Below, piece after piece: positions 13,601-26,568 of a stretch of 64,000 nt of DNA. The translations under genes were made by a program, and so were the position numbers. This DNA comes from Azolla caroliniana (lineage: Eukaryota > Plantae > Polypodiophyta): the NCBI GenBank assembly GCA_043228905.1, contig JBHGNT010000022.1, positions 4,526,001 through 4,590,000 on the forward strand, given 5' to 3'. Position 1 is the first letter of the stretch, and each line of letters starts with the position of its first letter. The notes under the pieces were generated by a model. That model made no database searches. It saw only the letters and a program-made list of their open reading frames with translations, and was not told the origin of the DNA.

Positions 13601-14120
13601 CGTTGCCGAACCGCGCGCTTAAGCCTGAATCCCGCCAAATGCACCTTCGGTGTTACCAGCGGGGCTCTCCTCGGCCACATAGTCAATAAGGAAGGGATAG
13701 CGGTCAATCCGAACAAAATCTCCGCGATTACTCACACGAAAATACCAATAAACGTGAAAGCACTCAGCCGGTTTCTGGGACAAATACGATGGCACAATCG
13801 GATAATACGTTATTTGGCGGACTTCACCACACTATTACATGCCGCCGTTCATCGTACTCCTTTCAAATGGACAGCAATGGAAGAGAAGGCGTATGATGCG
13901 CTAAAAATAATGCTAACACAGGCACCCGTCGTACAGCCACCAGTTTGGGCAAAACCATTCCATGTGTTCGTGGATGCCTGGACATAGCTATAGGTACTGC
14001 GCTAATGCAACTCACAAAGCCGAATTGGTACCGACCAGTGTCCTACACTAGTTAGAAACTATCAACGGCTGAGCGTAACTATTCCACAACGGAACGTGAA
14101 GCGTTGGGTATGATATACAA
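10194..14120 (+). mobile_element. Non-chromovirus Ty3/gypsy A2: 5' LTR, gag, protease, RT, part of RNase H; 3' half deleted
   Basis: LTR 10194-10665 (TG..CA); PBS-like tggcacgc at about 10670; gag 10954-11620 with CX2CX4HX4C knuckles; protease IDDGSSVN; RT 12593-13420 FLDGFSGYNQ; RNase H NYSTTEREALG. Confidence 0.9.
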
Positions 14121-16996
14121 CATGTCTGATTCTTGTGAATCGAGTCCATTTTAGATCTCATGGCTTGTAGCCATGTATCGGAGTCCGGTGCGACCATAGC
14201 TTCGTTGTATGTGCTTGATTCGCTTGCATCGGTGTAGTTTATGTAGTCAAGGCTCATTCAGATCTCCTAGGTGCCAAAATAAGTGGTTCACATCCTTCGA
14301 TCATCTCTGTTGGTTGATCGGCATTTGTTGAGCCACTTGTGTCAAGAGTCTTGTTCGTTGATCCGCCCCATGTTGGGATTTCAACAGTGTCGTGACGTTC
14401 ACCCCTGGGTACTCGGTCGACTCAGATCTCTTTTTCCCTTGAGTCGTATCCGATGTTTTGGTTAGTTGGACTCTATCTCTTTTGACTCTGTCATGTCTGA
14501 CTCTGGTTGATTTGACTTTGTCTTTGATGACTTTCTCGTCGAATTCGACACGTAAACCTCCAACCGATTCGGAGTCGACAGGTATGTTGTCGGCTTGGTC
14601 GAGTCCGACTGTTTGTCGAATCTTTGAGTCGGCCCAGTGGGTTGGTCCTTCTACAACATCTCTGTCGTCTTTGAAGGATACCTTTTTACCAACTATTTTC
14701 TGTTGGTTCCGTTGAAGACTACGTCACTGCTCGAGATTAGTTTCCGGTTCTCATGGTCCCATAGCCGGTAGCCGAAGTCCCCATCAGTTCCATAATATAT
14801 GCACTTCATTGCATGGGGTGCCAACTTGGTCCTTTTCTCCCTGGGGATGAACACATAGGCTTCGCATCCGAATATACGGATCCTATCGTAGGTCGGTTGT
14901 TTGCCTGACCATAGTGCCTATGGGACTTCGAGCTTGATTGCTCTCAATGACGATTGATTTATCAGGTATATTGTCGTCTACAATGCCTTGGCCCAGAACT
15001 CCAGCTTTAGTCCAGCTTGTTGGAGCATTGCCATCACCCTCTCCTGGAGCATTCGGTTGATCCGTTCTGCCACTCCATTCAGCATGGGTATGTAAGGAAC
15101 GGTCTTTTGATGCCAGATCCCTTTGTCGAACAGGTACTTTCGGAAGGCTCTGGAAGTATATTCTCCTCCGTTGTCAGATCAAAGTGTCTTCACTCTGTAT
15201 CCTGACCGGTTCTCCACTTTATATGTCCACCGAGTGAAGACCTCGAGCGTTTCGTCTTTGGACCTAATCGAGTAGGCCCAAACCTTCCGTGTACAGTCAT
15301 CTATGAATGTGATGAAGTATCAAGAGCCTCCTAGTGATCATTTTGGCATGGGCCCACATATATCTATGTGCACGAGCTCTAGGGGTTGTCGCACCGTCTC
15401 GTAGTGGACATCATGCGGACTTTGGGAATATTTCCGACATCGACAATGCTCGCAGAAGTCCATCTTTGCTTGGAGTTTAGGGCTATAGCCAACCGCCATC
15501 AGCTGATCAAGTCCGGCTTGAGACATATGGCCGACTCGGCCATGCCATAAGTTCGAGTCGATCTTTTTGGCTACATTCACAGCCCCTTCTGGATTGATCA
15601 CCATTAAGGGGGACAAGTTATTGTACTTGCGCCCAATCCCGATTTTGAGATTTCCTCGGTTGATCATCCATATTGACTCATTGAGAGTTGTTTGGTACCC
15701 GTCTTCAGCTAACATGCCGATGGAGACCTGACTCCTTTTCAAATCAGGTACATGCCAAACTTGGTGCAGGGTGATCATGTTGCCATTTGGCAATCTGATG
15801 GAAACTTCTCCGGTCCCTGCGATTTTGCACTCCTACCCGTTGCCTAGTCGGACTGTGTTGTTGGCATCGGTTGAATAGTTCGAAAACCATTCAATATTAG
15901 GGGTCACATGAAATGTGGCACCAGAATCCAATAACCACGTGTGTGCATCTTGTACACTATAGAGGACTTCTCTGATCATTGAATCCTCTAGGGAGAGAAT
16001 TTCTCCTGATCGGGTGTCGACAACATGGATTTGGTTGCCTGTAAGGGAGTGGTCCAACTCAGGTCTTCTTGGATTCCGCTCGGATCGCCAACTACTCTCT
16101 TTTCTCTTGATTGCCAAGTAGTCGGAAACATTGTTGCCAGATTTTCTACAGTGTGTGTAGAATTCACCTGATCAGCCCGTTCTCGACTTCGACCACTGTT
16201 GGTCTCCCCTCTTCTTCGATCGGTTGGTGTTCCGACCGGTTCCTATCGGCTTGTTCTCTTGTTCAACTCTATCCTTCGAACGACTTGGTCTAATGATGGG
16301 CTTCTGCCAATTCATCGATGGTAAGTCCCCTCAATTTTCGCCCAATGTCCTCGGTGAGAACTTGGTTGATCATCTCATCCAGATTTAGGATCGGTCGGCT
16401 ATTGGCGTATGTCGTGCAAAATACCTCCCAACCCGTCGGTAAGCTCGATAGGAGGGCAAGGGCTTTCACTTCTTCTTCGAAGTTGATCCCTTGTGACGAG
16501 AGTTCTGACAACATCCAGCTGAAGGTGTTGATGTGGGAGGTAGTCGTATCAGACTCTCTCATCTTCATGTTGAACAGTTGTTTGATCAAAATCAGTTTTG
16601 AAGATGAGGATTTTTTCTCGTACACCGTTTGTAGTTTCTCCCATAGTGAGAACGTTGTCGTCTCTTTTGCCATGTTGAAGTAGACATTTTTGGCCAGATG
16701 CATTCGGATGGTGGAGCGTGCGATTTCGTCTGTAGATCTCCACTCTTCAGCTGTCATCGAGGCAAGTTTTTCACTGTGTCGAATGGCTTCGACTTGTCTT
16801 CTGATGATCAACACGTCTTGCATCATCTCCTTCCAAAGGGCAAAATTTTTGCCGTCGAATTTTCTAATTTCAACTCTTGTTCCATATGTTGAAGCCATGT
16901 TCTTCTTCAAAAGTGAGATTTTACTAACCTGGTCTTTTTCCTTTTAGCTTTTCTGTTGTTTGTTGCTGCCAAGCAGCAAGTCGCTCTGATACTAGT

Positions 16997-17282
16997 TGAG
17001 GGACAGATATGCGCGGAAACGTATGTGAGGACTTGTCGGTTGTGCCCAACAAACAACACAGAAGGAAGGCAAGAAGATATAAACAGATGATAGACACACA
17101 TATGAAGCTTTAATGGAAGCTCTCTTTATTTCTATTGTCTCTCTCTCTGAGACTCGATGTACAAGATGATCAAGTGTTTTCTTTTTACAATGTTAGGTCA
17201 TTGCTTATATACTAAGCCCTAACTATTTGGAAGAGTTCACACTAGGATACCAAGTGGAAGGAGTCAACCTTTTATGCCAACA
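16997..17282 (-). repeat. 5' LTR of the copia element 4378-17282
   Basis: Followed on the minus strand by ac + tagtatcagagc (PBS tRNA-iMet, one mismatch). Confidence 0.85.
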
Positions 17283-19614
17283 ACTACTTATACCGGTCTG
17301 TTCTTGTGTCGGCACCAAGACTTTCATTTTTCCTCGCCGGAAGATGATCACATTCTTTTGCCCATTTTGCTTAATATGCGTCGTTCTCAACCACAATCTT
17401 CCCAATAATAGGGCATATGCCCCCAGCCCATTGAGTTGAAGGCATGAGAAAAACGTCGGCGTTGGCTCCGGGTTTTGCGTTGCGAAATCCAATTTTAACC
17501 CTTTCGTAAATTTGGGAACCAATTGTAAAAGCCGGTCCAGTGGCAGCATAATCTGCCACTTTTGCAAAGCTTGTCAGGTCGGGTCAGTGTCGGTGTTCTC
17601 GAGTGGTTTGTTCTGGAAACTTGGTCTGTTCTTTTAGTTTGGCTACGTTCTGTTCATTGGCCTTTTGTATCCACTCTGTAGCTTGCTTCCATTTTGCCTC
17701 CTGGGCCTCCCACTCTACAACCTTCCCTTTCGATCAGGTGGTGACTTGTTGTACATACATGCCTTCGGCAGTCATCATGTTAACTGCCAATTGTTTCTTT
17801 TTGGCTTTTCCCAGGCAATTGCTACTTAATGGCCTTCCTGCCGACAATAGTAATAGTATACTTTCCAGTTACCGCTCGTTTCCCCTTTTCCTACATTTCC
17901 TGACTGGATACCAGAAATTATCCGGTTGGTATCTTCCGGCCTCTGTTGCTCCGGTTGTGGTACTTACGGGCTTGTATCTGGTTCTCGTCTGTATTCCCGG
18001 TTTGGCTCTCGACACTCATCTCATCGAAAATGTCCTCTATGGTTATTCGGGTGCCATCGATTACTGTGATATCCTAGTCAGTCTTGATCTTCTTTCGTCT
18101 CTTCATCAGTCATAATCTGGAGATTAATCCCTTTTGTATCGTTTCTGGTCATACTCTTCTCGCCGTTTGTCATCATAGTGGTAACCGCGTTCTAGTTGGT
18201 ATCGATCATCTTCCCGTAGTCGGTCCTCATCTAGTCGTCGCTCCCCCTAGGGCTAAATGTGTCAAACCGATGCTGCTTGTCGATTTAATAGATTGTACTC
18301 ACACCGCTCCATGGTGTGTGACCGAGAGTGGCACAGCATGCACCGAGACTGCATTGTGCATTCCAGCGTAGAGTGGTCGGGGTTGAGGCATGTTGTGTAT
18401 TGCACTGCCTGCCGAAATTGTAGGTCTTCTTCTCTGAACAGCGCTCGTTGCACAACCCCCATCGCCATGTACTTACTGTTTTGGGCCTTATCCATTTCTC
18501 GCACCCGGTCAATGACTTCATCGATGGTGTTGATCCTAAAGTCTAGCACTGAGAGCATTGTCTGGAGCACGGCCAAAAAAACTGTTTTTGCCTCATCCTC
18601 CGAAGGTGCCCTTGTAAGCTGACTGTGCAATGCTTGGAATTGGATGATGAATTGTGGGACTGTCTTGTTGGGTTCCTGATATACCGTATAAAATTGTCTG
18701 ACGAGCTCCTGTTGCTCCATCTATCGGTGAAAGTCGTAGAAATTTATCCCGTAGGGTTTCAAACGTGGTGAAGCTACTCGGAAGATGCTTTGCATGCCAT
18801 CTCATTGTCCGTCCCTCTAGGGTCATGTCGAATTCCACAATTTTTGACCGCTCTACTTCAGAGTCCGTCAGTCGTTGTGAAACATGGTTGGCTTCCCATG
18901 TTTGCAAAGAGGCGTACACATGTGCCTCGATATCCGGTTCGTCTTTGTAGTTGGGGTACGTGTACGACATGTAGTCGTCGTCTATCAGCCGTTCCGGTGG
19001 TGGCGTCGGTATGTGATGGTCCTTCTTCTCTGATTGTCTGCTCGGCGGTGGTGTCAGTATGCGACAATTCTTCTTCTCCGATTGTCGTTCCGGATTCTCC
19101 TCGTATGCCGGTGGTGTCGTCGTTTCCGACTCCGGTGTCGATGTGTGCTCAGATCCATCTTCCTCTGGTTTGTCCGGAGTATCGTGACTGGATCGGTAGT
19201 TGGTTGTTTTTGTTGTTCGACTTTGACTCAAATACACAAAATACTTTCGTGTCCACGGCGCTTGTGGCTAGGGTTCGCAATATCAATTCTTCGTCGCGGA
19301 GACTGCTCAAAATTGTTGCCTTCGTCTGAATGTCGCTGAGTTTGCAACTAGACTCTCATTTGCGACCCGCCGAATCTCTCTAGGAAAAGACCGATTCTGT
19401 GGGATCTCCTCGGTCGCCTGCCGGTAAGCCTCCCGCCTCCGTAGTCTCTCGACTAGTCTTCTCGTTCGTTTGGTAACAGGGTCGTTCGTCGGTCTAGTCA
19501 TCCATTCCCCGTCGTTCGCTACACTTTGCAAGAATCGTGGTCGCCAAAACTGTGTTTATCGCGGGCTGGAGTAGCCACAAACGCAAGGTGTCCTTTCCAG
19601 AACACTTCACCAAA
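17283..19614 (-). mobile_element. Non-chromovirus Ty3/gypsy A1, 5' piece (LTR stub, PBS, gag, protease remnant)
   Basis: PBS-like tggcgaccacg at about 19546-19536; gag 18262-19237 homologous to A2 gag (FRQAVQ.TTCLNPDHSTLEC); LLLGRLWL..VPTQE matches A2. Confidence 0.85.
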
Positions 19615-20010
19615 GGGCATATCGCACAACATATAAGGTGCGCATCCAATCAACTCCGTTTCAGTTGATGTTCAGATTGGAGGCAATCATGCCAGTTGAA
19701 TTTCAAGTGCTGAGTCTACGGATGCAAACAACCATGTGTTTATCTGAAGCCGAGTTCGAACAAAGACAGTTAGAGCAACTCCTAGCACTCAATGAATAGA
19801 GACTCCATAGCCTCAGTAAGCTTGAGCAGGCACCGAAAAGAAACCGAACAATCATTCTGAATCGGCAAAGCAATGGTAGTCTTCCAATTCCAAACTCGGC
19901 TGAGACAGATGTTAGGGAAGCTGAGATTCCGATGGACGGGCCCATATTGGATCATAGACGAATATAAAGGGACGTATTATATTGGTATCCTGGCCGACGA
20001 GTTAATGCCA
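19615..20010 (+). mobile_element. Gypsy integrase C-terminal fragment
   Basis: AYRTTYKVRIQSTPFQLMFRLEAIMPVEFQV; later RWTGPYWI (GPY motif). Confidence 0.75.
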
Positions 20011-20302
20011 AGATATTTTCTATAATATGGTAGAAGAAGATTTGTTTGGGGATGGATCTAGTAATATGATTTTTTGTAGGTTGACACTTAGATTTATTGG
20101 TCACGTGTGTCATTCATGGCTTTATATACTTTTGTCCTCATACTTTGGACCAAATTAGAAGTGAAGTGACAGATCATTTGCCATATTCTTGGTCTTTGCC
20201 AAAAGGATGAAAAGCTAAGGGAAAGACTGCAATTTTTTTGGGGGGGGAGAGAAGAAAAAATAAAAGTGAATGAAAAAGAGAGAACCACAATTTGATTTCT
20301 GT

Positions 20303-20336
<34 letters not shown>

Positions 20337-20938
20337 GCATATCAAATCAAACTCTTCTCTGTAAATATTTTTCCAAACAGAAGACCAACAAAAAAAAGGC
20401 AGAAAAATGCTTAAAAGGGACGTGATTTGGAAATCAAATCACATCCCCCTTTTTTGCTGTTGTGGAAAAAGGCCTAGAAAAAAGCAGTACATACTTAATC
20501 CGCTCTATTTTTTTTTTCTTTCCCAAATCGCCCACCAAAGGATCTGGCCATAACTAATTATTTATTTAACCAATTTTCCATTATTTGTTTGCTAGATGCA
20601 ATATCTGTCTTTATTGACCTATGATTAATTAGATACTTTTTTTTTAGTAATTTAATGAATTAATTCGTTTTCGCTATCTCTATTTTGTAGAATATAATGA
20701 GATTTACGGCTGTTTTATGGGGTTCCCTTGTTTTAAATTCATCTATCAACCACTTGATTTTTAATTATTGATTTTCTTCCATTTATTTTTACCTTTGAAA
20801 AGCTCTGTTATTCCCTTTCTCTCCATGTCGAAAAAGGGCCCGGAGATCTCTTTGCTTACAACCAAAAAAACATTCATTTTCATCCTCTCCTTCTGACGCT
20901 GAAGTTCTGAGAAGCTCTTCTGAACCATTGCCTTAGAG

Positions 20939-22800
20939 ATGGAGGTTCATGTCCTAGCTGTTGATGACAGTGTTATAGACAGAAGAGTAATTGAAAGCTT
21001 ATTGAAAACTTCTTCATACAAAGGTATGTTTTCTCTGTACATATGTGTGTGGGTGTATGTATGTATGTATAATACATGCATGCATGCATGTATGTGCATG
21101 ATATATGTATGTATGAATACATGCATGCATGCATGTGCATGATGTATGTATGAATATCTGCATGCATGCATGTATATATTCATGCATGCGTTTATTCATA
21201 TTTGTGATGATAGAATGTCTCTTATGTATTCATAAATCACCCTTTATGGTTAATTAACCAGCCTCATCTGGTAATGCATGCTATGGAAATGCATGTCCCT
21301 CATGTGGCAATGCATGGCTATGGCTATGGCTATGGATGCTCCCCCATTCATGTCCCTCATTTGGCAATGCATGGCTATGGCTATGGCTATGGCTATGTAC
21401 GCTCCCCCATTCATGTCCCTCATGTGGCAATGCATGGATATGGCTTTGGATGCTCCCCCATTCATGTCGCTCATGGGGCAATGCATGGCTATGGATCCCA
21501 TTCATGTCCCTCATGGGGCAATGAATGGCTATGGATGCTACCCCATTCATGACACTCATGTGGCAATGGCTAGGGATGTTGCCCATTTAATGTCCCTCTT
21601 CAAAGTATGTTGCATGTAATTCATGGATTATTCTTCTTTTACTCATTTCTGCAGTTACTACGGTCGATAGTGCAAGGGGAGCATTAGAGCTTCTCGGCCT
21701 TGTTGATTCTTTCGGACCAGTGAACTCATTGAATGTCAGAGCTCGCGGACCCTTTCTACATATTCTGTTTTTCTTTAGATTTACATCATGATACATCTTT
21801 CATGAATCTTTCCTTGGTTTTTTTGTTATTAGGCTGTCGAGGTTCACCTGATTATCACGGATTATTGCATGCCTGGAATGACTGGCTATGAACTCCTCAA
21901 GAAAGTTAAGGTGAATTTTGGCCCAAAGTATACGGGGATTTAATCCATCATTAGGCCGAGATTTAGGTTTTCTTAGTTATATGTTGTGTTTAATCCTTTG
22001 TTCCACTAATGTTATGTCTCTAGGGAACATCATATTTGAACAACATACCAGTTGTAGTTATGTCATCCGAAAACATCCCGAATCGAATTCACAGGTAATA
22101 TACTAAACTAAACCATCATGCAAGCAATGGGGTCCATACACTCTACATCATGATACATAGTTGGAAATGCATGAAAGCATAGCAACAATACCATGGTACC
22201 ATGGTACGCAAGCATTAGGCCATACTTAGTACATCAATGCCATAGTTAGTACATTTGGTAGATATCCCCTAAGATCATGCAAGCAATGGGGTCCATACAC
22301 TCTACATCATGATACATAGTTGGAAATGCATGAAAGCATAGCAACAATACCATGGTACCATGGTTGGTACTCATGCATAAAGGTCATAGTTAGTACATCA
22401 ATGCCATAGTTAGTACATTTAGTAGATATCCCATAAGATCACAATAGCTATATAATTGTGCATGTTTTTGGATATCGGGTAAGGTTCGAATGTATTGATG
22501 TATAGTAAAGCCCCAGTAAATTTGTGACATAGTTGTCTAGCCGAAGGAGCCGAGGAATTCTGGCTTAAGCCAGTGCAACTTGCGGATGTGAAGAGACTCA
22601 AGGACCATGTCCGCAATTGCAACATTGAGGCCGATTCAAGCTTCTCGAAAAGGAAAGCCGACATTGAGGATCAGCCTGATGCCATCTCGCCCAAAAGAAG
22701 AGCTTCTCACGAGGAGCTGCCATCGGAGACAACACAAAGAAAGACACATCCAAATACTGAATTGTCAATTGGTAGTCCTTATTGCGTGGAATTTGTCTAG
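20939..22800 (+). CDS. Type-A two-component response regulator (cytokinin-signalling, ARR type-A family); exons 20939-21023, 21655-21734, 21833-21910, 22024-22094, 22533-22800; 193 aa
   Basis: Spliced product [43 protein letters not shown]../[69 protein letters not shown]..; D-D-K receiver residues intact; all four introns GT-AG and in phase; no Myb domain. Confidence 0.93.
21040..21200. repeat. (CATG/TATG)n low-complexity tract, intron 1 of the response regulator
   Basis: catgcatgcatgtatg runs. Confidence 0.8.
21270..21600. repeat. Minisatellite of about 40-63-bp units with variable (GGCTAT)n, intron 1 of the response regulator
   Basis: gcaatgcatgg(ctatgg)n atgctcccccattcatgtccctcat repeated about 6 times. 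Confidence 0.85.
22115..22440. repeat. About 160-bp tandem duplication filling intron 4 of the response regulator
   Basis: atcatgcaagcaatggggtccatacactctacatc... starts at 22115 and 22274. Confidence 0.9.
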
Positions 22801-24374
22801 GAAATTAGAATGAGAAAGTATGGTGAAAGACCATTTCTAGTACATTCCAAGCACATCATAGATGCATACAATATTCAGTGTGTCAAATGTATGCACTTAA
22901 TAGTTTGAAGCTTCCTTGTTTCCACTACCAAGACTACTTCAAAAATTAATGTCTTGTATAATTACCATTGAAGATTAATCCAAGCTAATTCCTATGCTGT
23001 GAATTTTTTATTAACTGGGTGATTCATTAAGTTTTTGTTGGTGCTTACATGAGATTATGCCCATATGTTCGTGGATCATTGTGCTTCCATTGTAGGATTT
23101 TGTTATCGATATCATGTATGTAATTATATCATGTATGTAATGTTTAGTGTGACCATATGATTGACCCTTGAAAGATCCTTAGTGCCCATTGCTTGCGTAA
23201 AATTTGAAAGGCAGATCATTCAGCGCTTTTCTTTTGGTTATGTCGTTACAAATCTATAGATACAACTTCTTACAAGTTTTAAGGATCAATGGAACTCCCA
23301 TTATTTTATGTGGAAATCGTTGTGATTCTTATTCTTAGCATGCGATCTTTACAAATCTATAAAAACATTGTTATGCATGATTAGATTTAGTTATTAATAG
23401 TATTTGTTAGTTGCTTCTCTTTGAGAATGGCACTTTTCCACTCACATTAGCTTTCGTGTGTAGAGTGTATGCCATGCTCTCACTTTATTTGATGCATGAT
23501 AGTTTTGGATTTGCAATCTTCCAAGATTCAGTTCTTTATGCTTCGTTACTATTCATATAACAATAAACTCATCTGTTCACATTTGCCCTTCATATAATAA
23601 TAGTAATTTCACATGTATATTATTATAAGGAAGTTCCTTGTACTTCTCCATTGTTTGTTGCATATTAGAGATTTGGTATGACTTTTCTTTTTTATCCAAT
23701 ACAAAATGATAGCATCACATATATTTATAATGATTGTGCTTTATGGTGGAAAGTGATCTGGGCAATTCTACTTCGAGAAAATCTTGAGAAATACTTCAAA
23801 CGATGAAAAAGAATCGTTTGATGTTAGATCTATGCATATATTTAACATTGAAAAGGCTAGTTTACAGAGATATAGTAAGGCCAACATAATCCAACACTAC
23901 CCCTTAAAGTTAAAAGGACATGAAAATTCTGTAAGTTGTAGCAAAGTGAAGATTCAAGTCTCCTTTAAAAAGCTTGAATAAAATTAGAAATCATTCAAAT
24001 ATCTTTTTTTTTGACAAGTCTTAACCTAGAGTATTATTGCTTATCTTAACTTCATTTACAAACTTTTATGTATGCGTGCACATGTACATTTAAGATCAGT
24101 AAACATGTAAAAGAAACATCTTGATTTGAACCCATTCACTTTTTATCATCTCCACCCCTCTTTTGAAGATTGTATAACATCCACTCTCATTAATCTACAT
24201 CATCAATTGTTCCACTTTATCCGCAGTTATAAAAAAGCTTTATGATGCTCATTAATCTGTATCATAAATTACTTTACTTTAGCTATGGTTAGAAAAATAA
24301 CTTTACAATAATGGTTATAGTAACCCTTGGACAACAAGAGAAACCGGGCTTGATGGACACGGAATATAAAAGGA

Positions 24375-24500
24375 AGGTTATCTAAAAGATTTTGTAGGTT
24401 AATGATGTTTAGAAAATAGATTTTATCTTATCCTGTAAAAGGTTATCTAAAAGATTTTGTAGGTTAATGATGTTTTGAAAAATAGATTTTATCTCATCCT
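24375..24500. repeat. About 64-bp tandem duplication
   Basis: aaggttatctaaaagattttgtaggttaatgatgttt..gaaaatagattttatct twice. Confidence 0.85.
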
Positions 24501-25722
24501 TCCTGTTTAAGAATGTCAACAATATAACAAGGGCCTAATGGCTAGGTAGAAGCAAGTATACTTTATGTTTCAAAACATATAATGCCATATCTTCTATTCA
24601 TCTAATAATTTCATAACGCTCATATATTTAAAAGTAAATAAACAACACATTACATGGAAAAGCACATTGTCAAAACATTGTATTCATAATCATGTAAGAG
24701 ATTTTGAGCTTCATTGATAATCGATAAATTATTTACACATTGACAAAGATATCTTATTAATTTCTTTTTTGTTTAAACATCTAAAGCTAGTGGTGTAGTG
24801 TAAAGTTTGTGTTATACAATGTTAAGGTTCTGGCAAAACTAGAAATAGGTCATCATTATAGTTTGTTGTAAAATTAGAAAAACAATCTGGTTTACCTTTG
24901 GTTGGATTCAATTTCTTTGTCTTGAAATCAAACCAAAATGTGCCGAACACTTTATATATACTGGAAACTAAACGAAACCCTTTAAGAACTACCAAGCCAT
25001 CTTAAACAAACCGTCTAAGGAAAAGGTGAAATGGACTGAACCATTTAATCACAAAACTAAATTGACTCATTTGAGGAAAAGTTGAAACCCAACTTAATCA
25101 TTTTATCACAAATCTAAATTGAACCATTTAGGTCAATTAGTTAAACAATTAACAAAAAACATTAACTTGAAAAACCATAGTTGCCCATTGGTATATATTT
25201 ATGATAGCGTTTTCTAAATCCCATATATACTAGAACAACATAGTGTGGCAATTTATCCTAATAATCTTCAGAATTAGAGATTCTTACTTATGCATTAAAA
25301 TATGTTTTGGATCCACCATGTTGTTAAGTAATCAATTAAATCATGAAGTTTTTTTATCAAGATCTTCCTGAGCACATGAACTAGAAAAAAATCATATCGG
25401 AACAATGTTAGAATTGGAAGACACATATAGGTGTGGCTACGATGATTCATCATGTTGTAAATATGTGATGCTTGAAGAACAACCATAAAACATAGTTGTA
25501 TGGATAAAATATACCCAACAAAAAATATATGCATGACTCATTTGGTGAATGCTTTGAGTAATAGTTGTCACAAAAGACAATACTATTTAGGAACATGTCA
25601 TGTTGAGGGTCCTAGAGAAGGCCCAATATATGTTATTGTTAAATATTATGAAAGTTATTAAGATGCATGATTAGTGTATATAAGAGATAGAGATATAGAT
25701 ACATTCTATTATCCTCTTCCTT

Positions 25723-25997
25723 GGTCAAATATGAGCCCAAAAAGATTCCATTTTATGTAATACATGTGAAAGTGAGTAACGCCTCTCGATGTTCAAGAAC
25801 TTTACTAATGAATGTCGCAATTGAGAGGGCACATTTTCGTTGTGAGAGAAATTCATGCAAGGATTGGGCTCGGGCGAGGATGTGTGAAAAGTATGGTCAA
25901 ATATGATCAACGACATAGTGTTGTATCAAAGTCTGATACTCAGACTCCTGAACTTGTTTAGGGCAAACTGATCATAGTCAACGACTCTCATCACTTG

Positions 25998-26028
<31 letters not shown>

Positions 26029-26250
26029 CTTTGCAAGTCAAATATGACCAATGAAATAAAAATTGTAATGTTTTACGTAACACATGTAAATTTGAGTAGC
26101 AATTCTTGATGTTCAAGAACTTTATTAATGAATTTTGCAATTGAGAGTGTACCCTATGAATATGAAAGAAATTCATGCATGGATGAGGTTTGTTCAAAGA
26201 TTGGTGCAAAGTGTAAAACCAAATATGATCAAATGTGAACATTGTATCAA
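25723..26250. repeat. Diverged direct repeat of about 210 bp (period about 313 bp) separated by a (TA)n tract
   Basis: gtcaaatatga..gatgttcaagaacttta.taatgaat..gcaattgagag..gaaattcatgca..caaatatgatcaa..ttgtatcaa in both copies. Confidence 0.7.
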
Positions 26251-26568
26251 GGGGGGGGGGGGGGGGGGGGGGGGAGAGAGAGAGAGGAGTGAAGAAAAAG
26301 ACGAAGGAGAGAAAGAAGATGAAAATAGCATGTTTTTGTTGTTGCAGTCTCTACGGAATTTGGCACAAAAACATTCATAGAAGGCTCTTGGATGTGCTTC
26401 GTAATGATATATAATAAGTTAAATTAGTGGTCTGTAGTGGTAGTAGTTATAGAAATAACAAATTATGCATTGTAAGCCTTATATTATCTTCTTCATCTCT
26501 AATCTCTTTAATCAGGTGAGTTTTGGTTTTCTCACTTGTTCATGGAAAATCGTTTTTATCGTGGGACG

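Larger units (their letters stand above)
4378..17282 (-). mobile_element. Ty1/copia element (Tnt1/Tork-like gag), degenerate, RT largely deleted, containing two nested gypsy elements
   Basis: LTRs 16997-17282 and 4378-4665; PBS-iMet 16983-16994; PPT 4666-4675; gag 16290-16910 (FDGKNFALWKEMMQDVL), protease WLLDSGATFH, integrase 14700-15790, RNase H 4920-5328. Confidence 0.85.

Noticed and set aside
21250-21619. Several His/Met-rich ORFs suggesting a metal-binding protein
   Set aside because: They lie in a GT-AG intron and arise from a minisatellite
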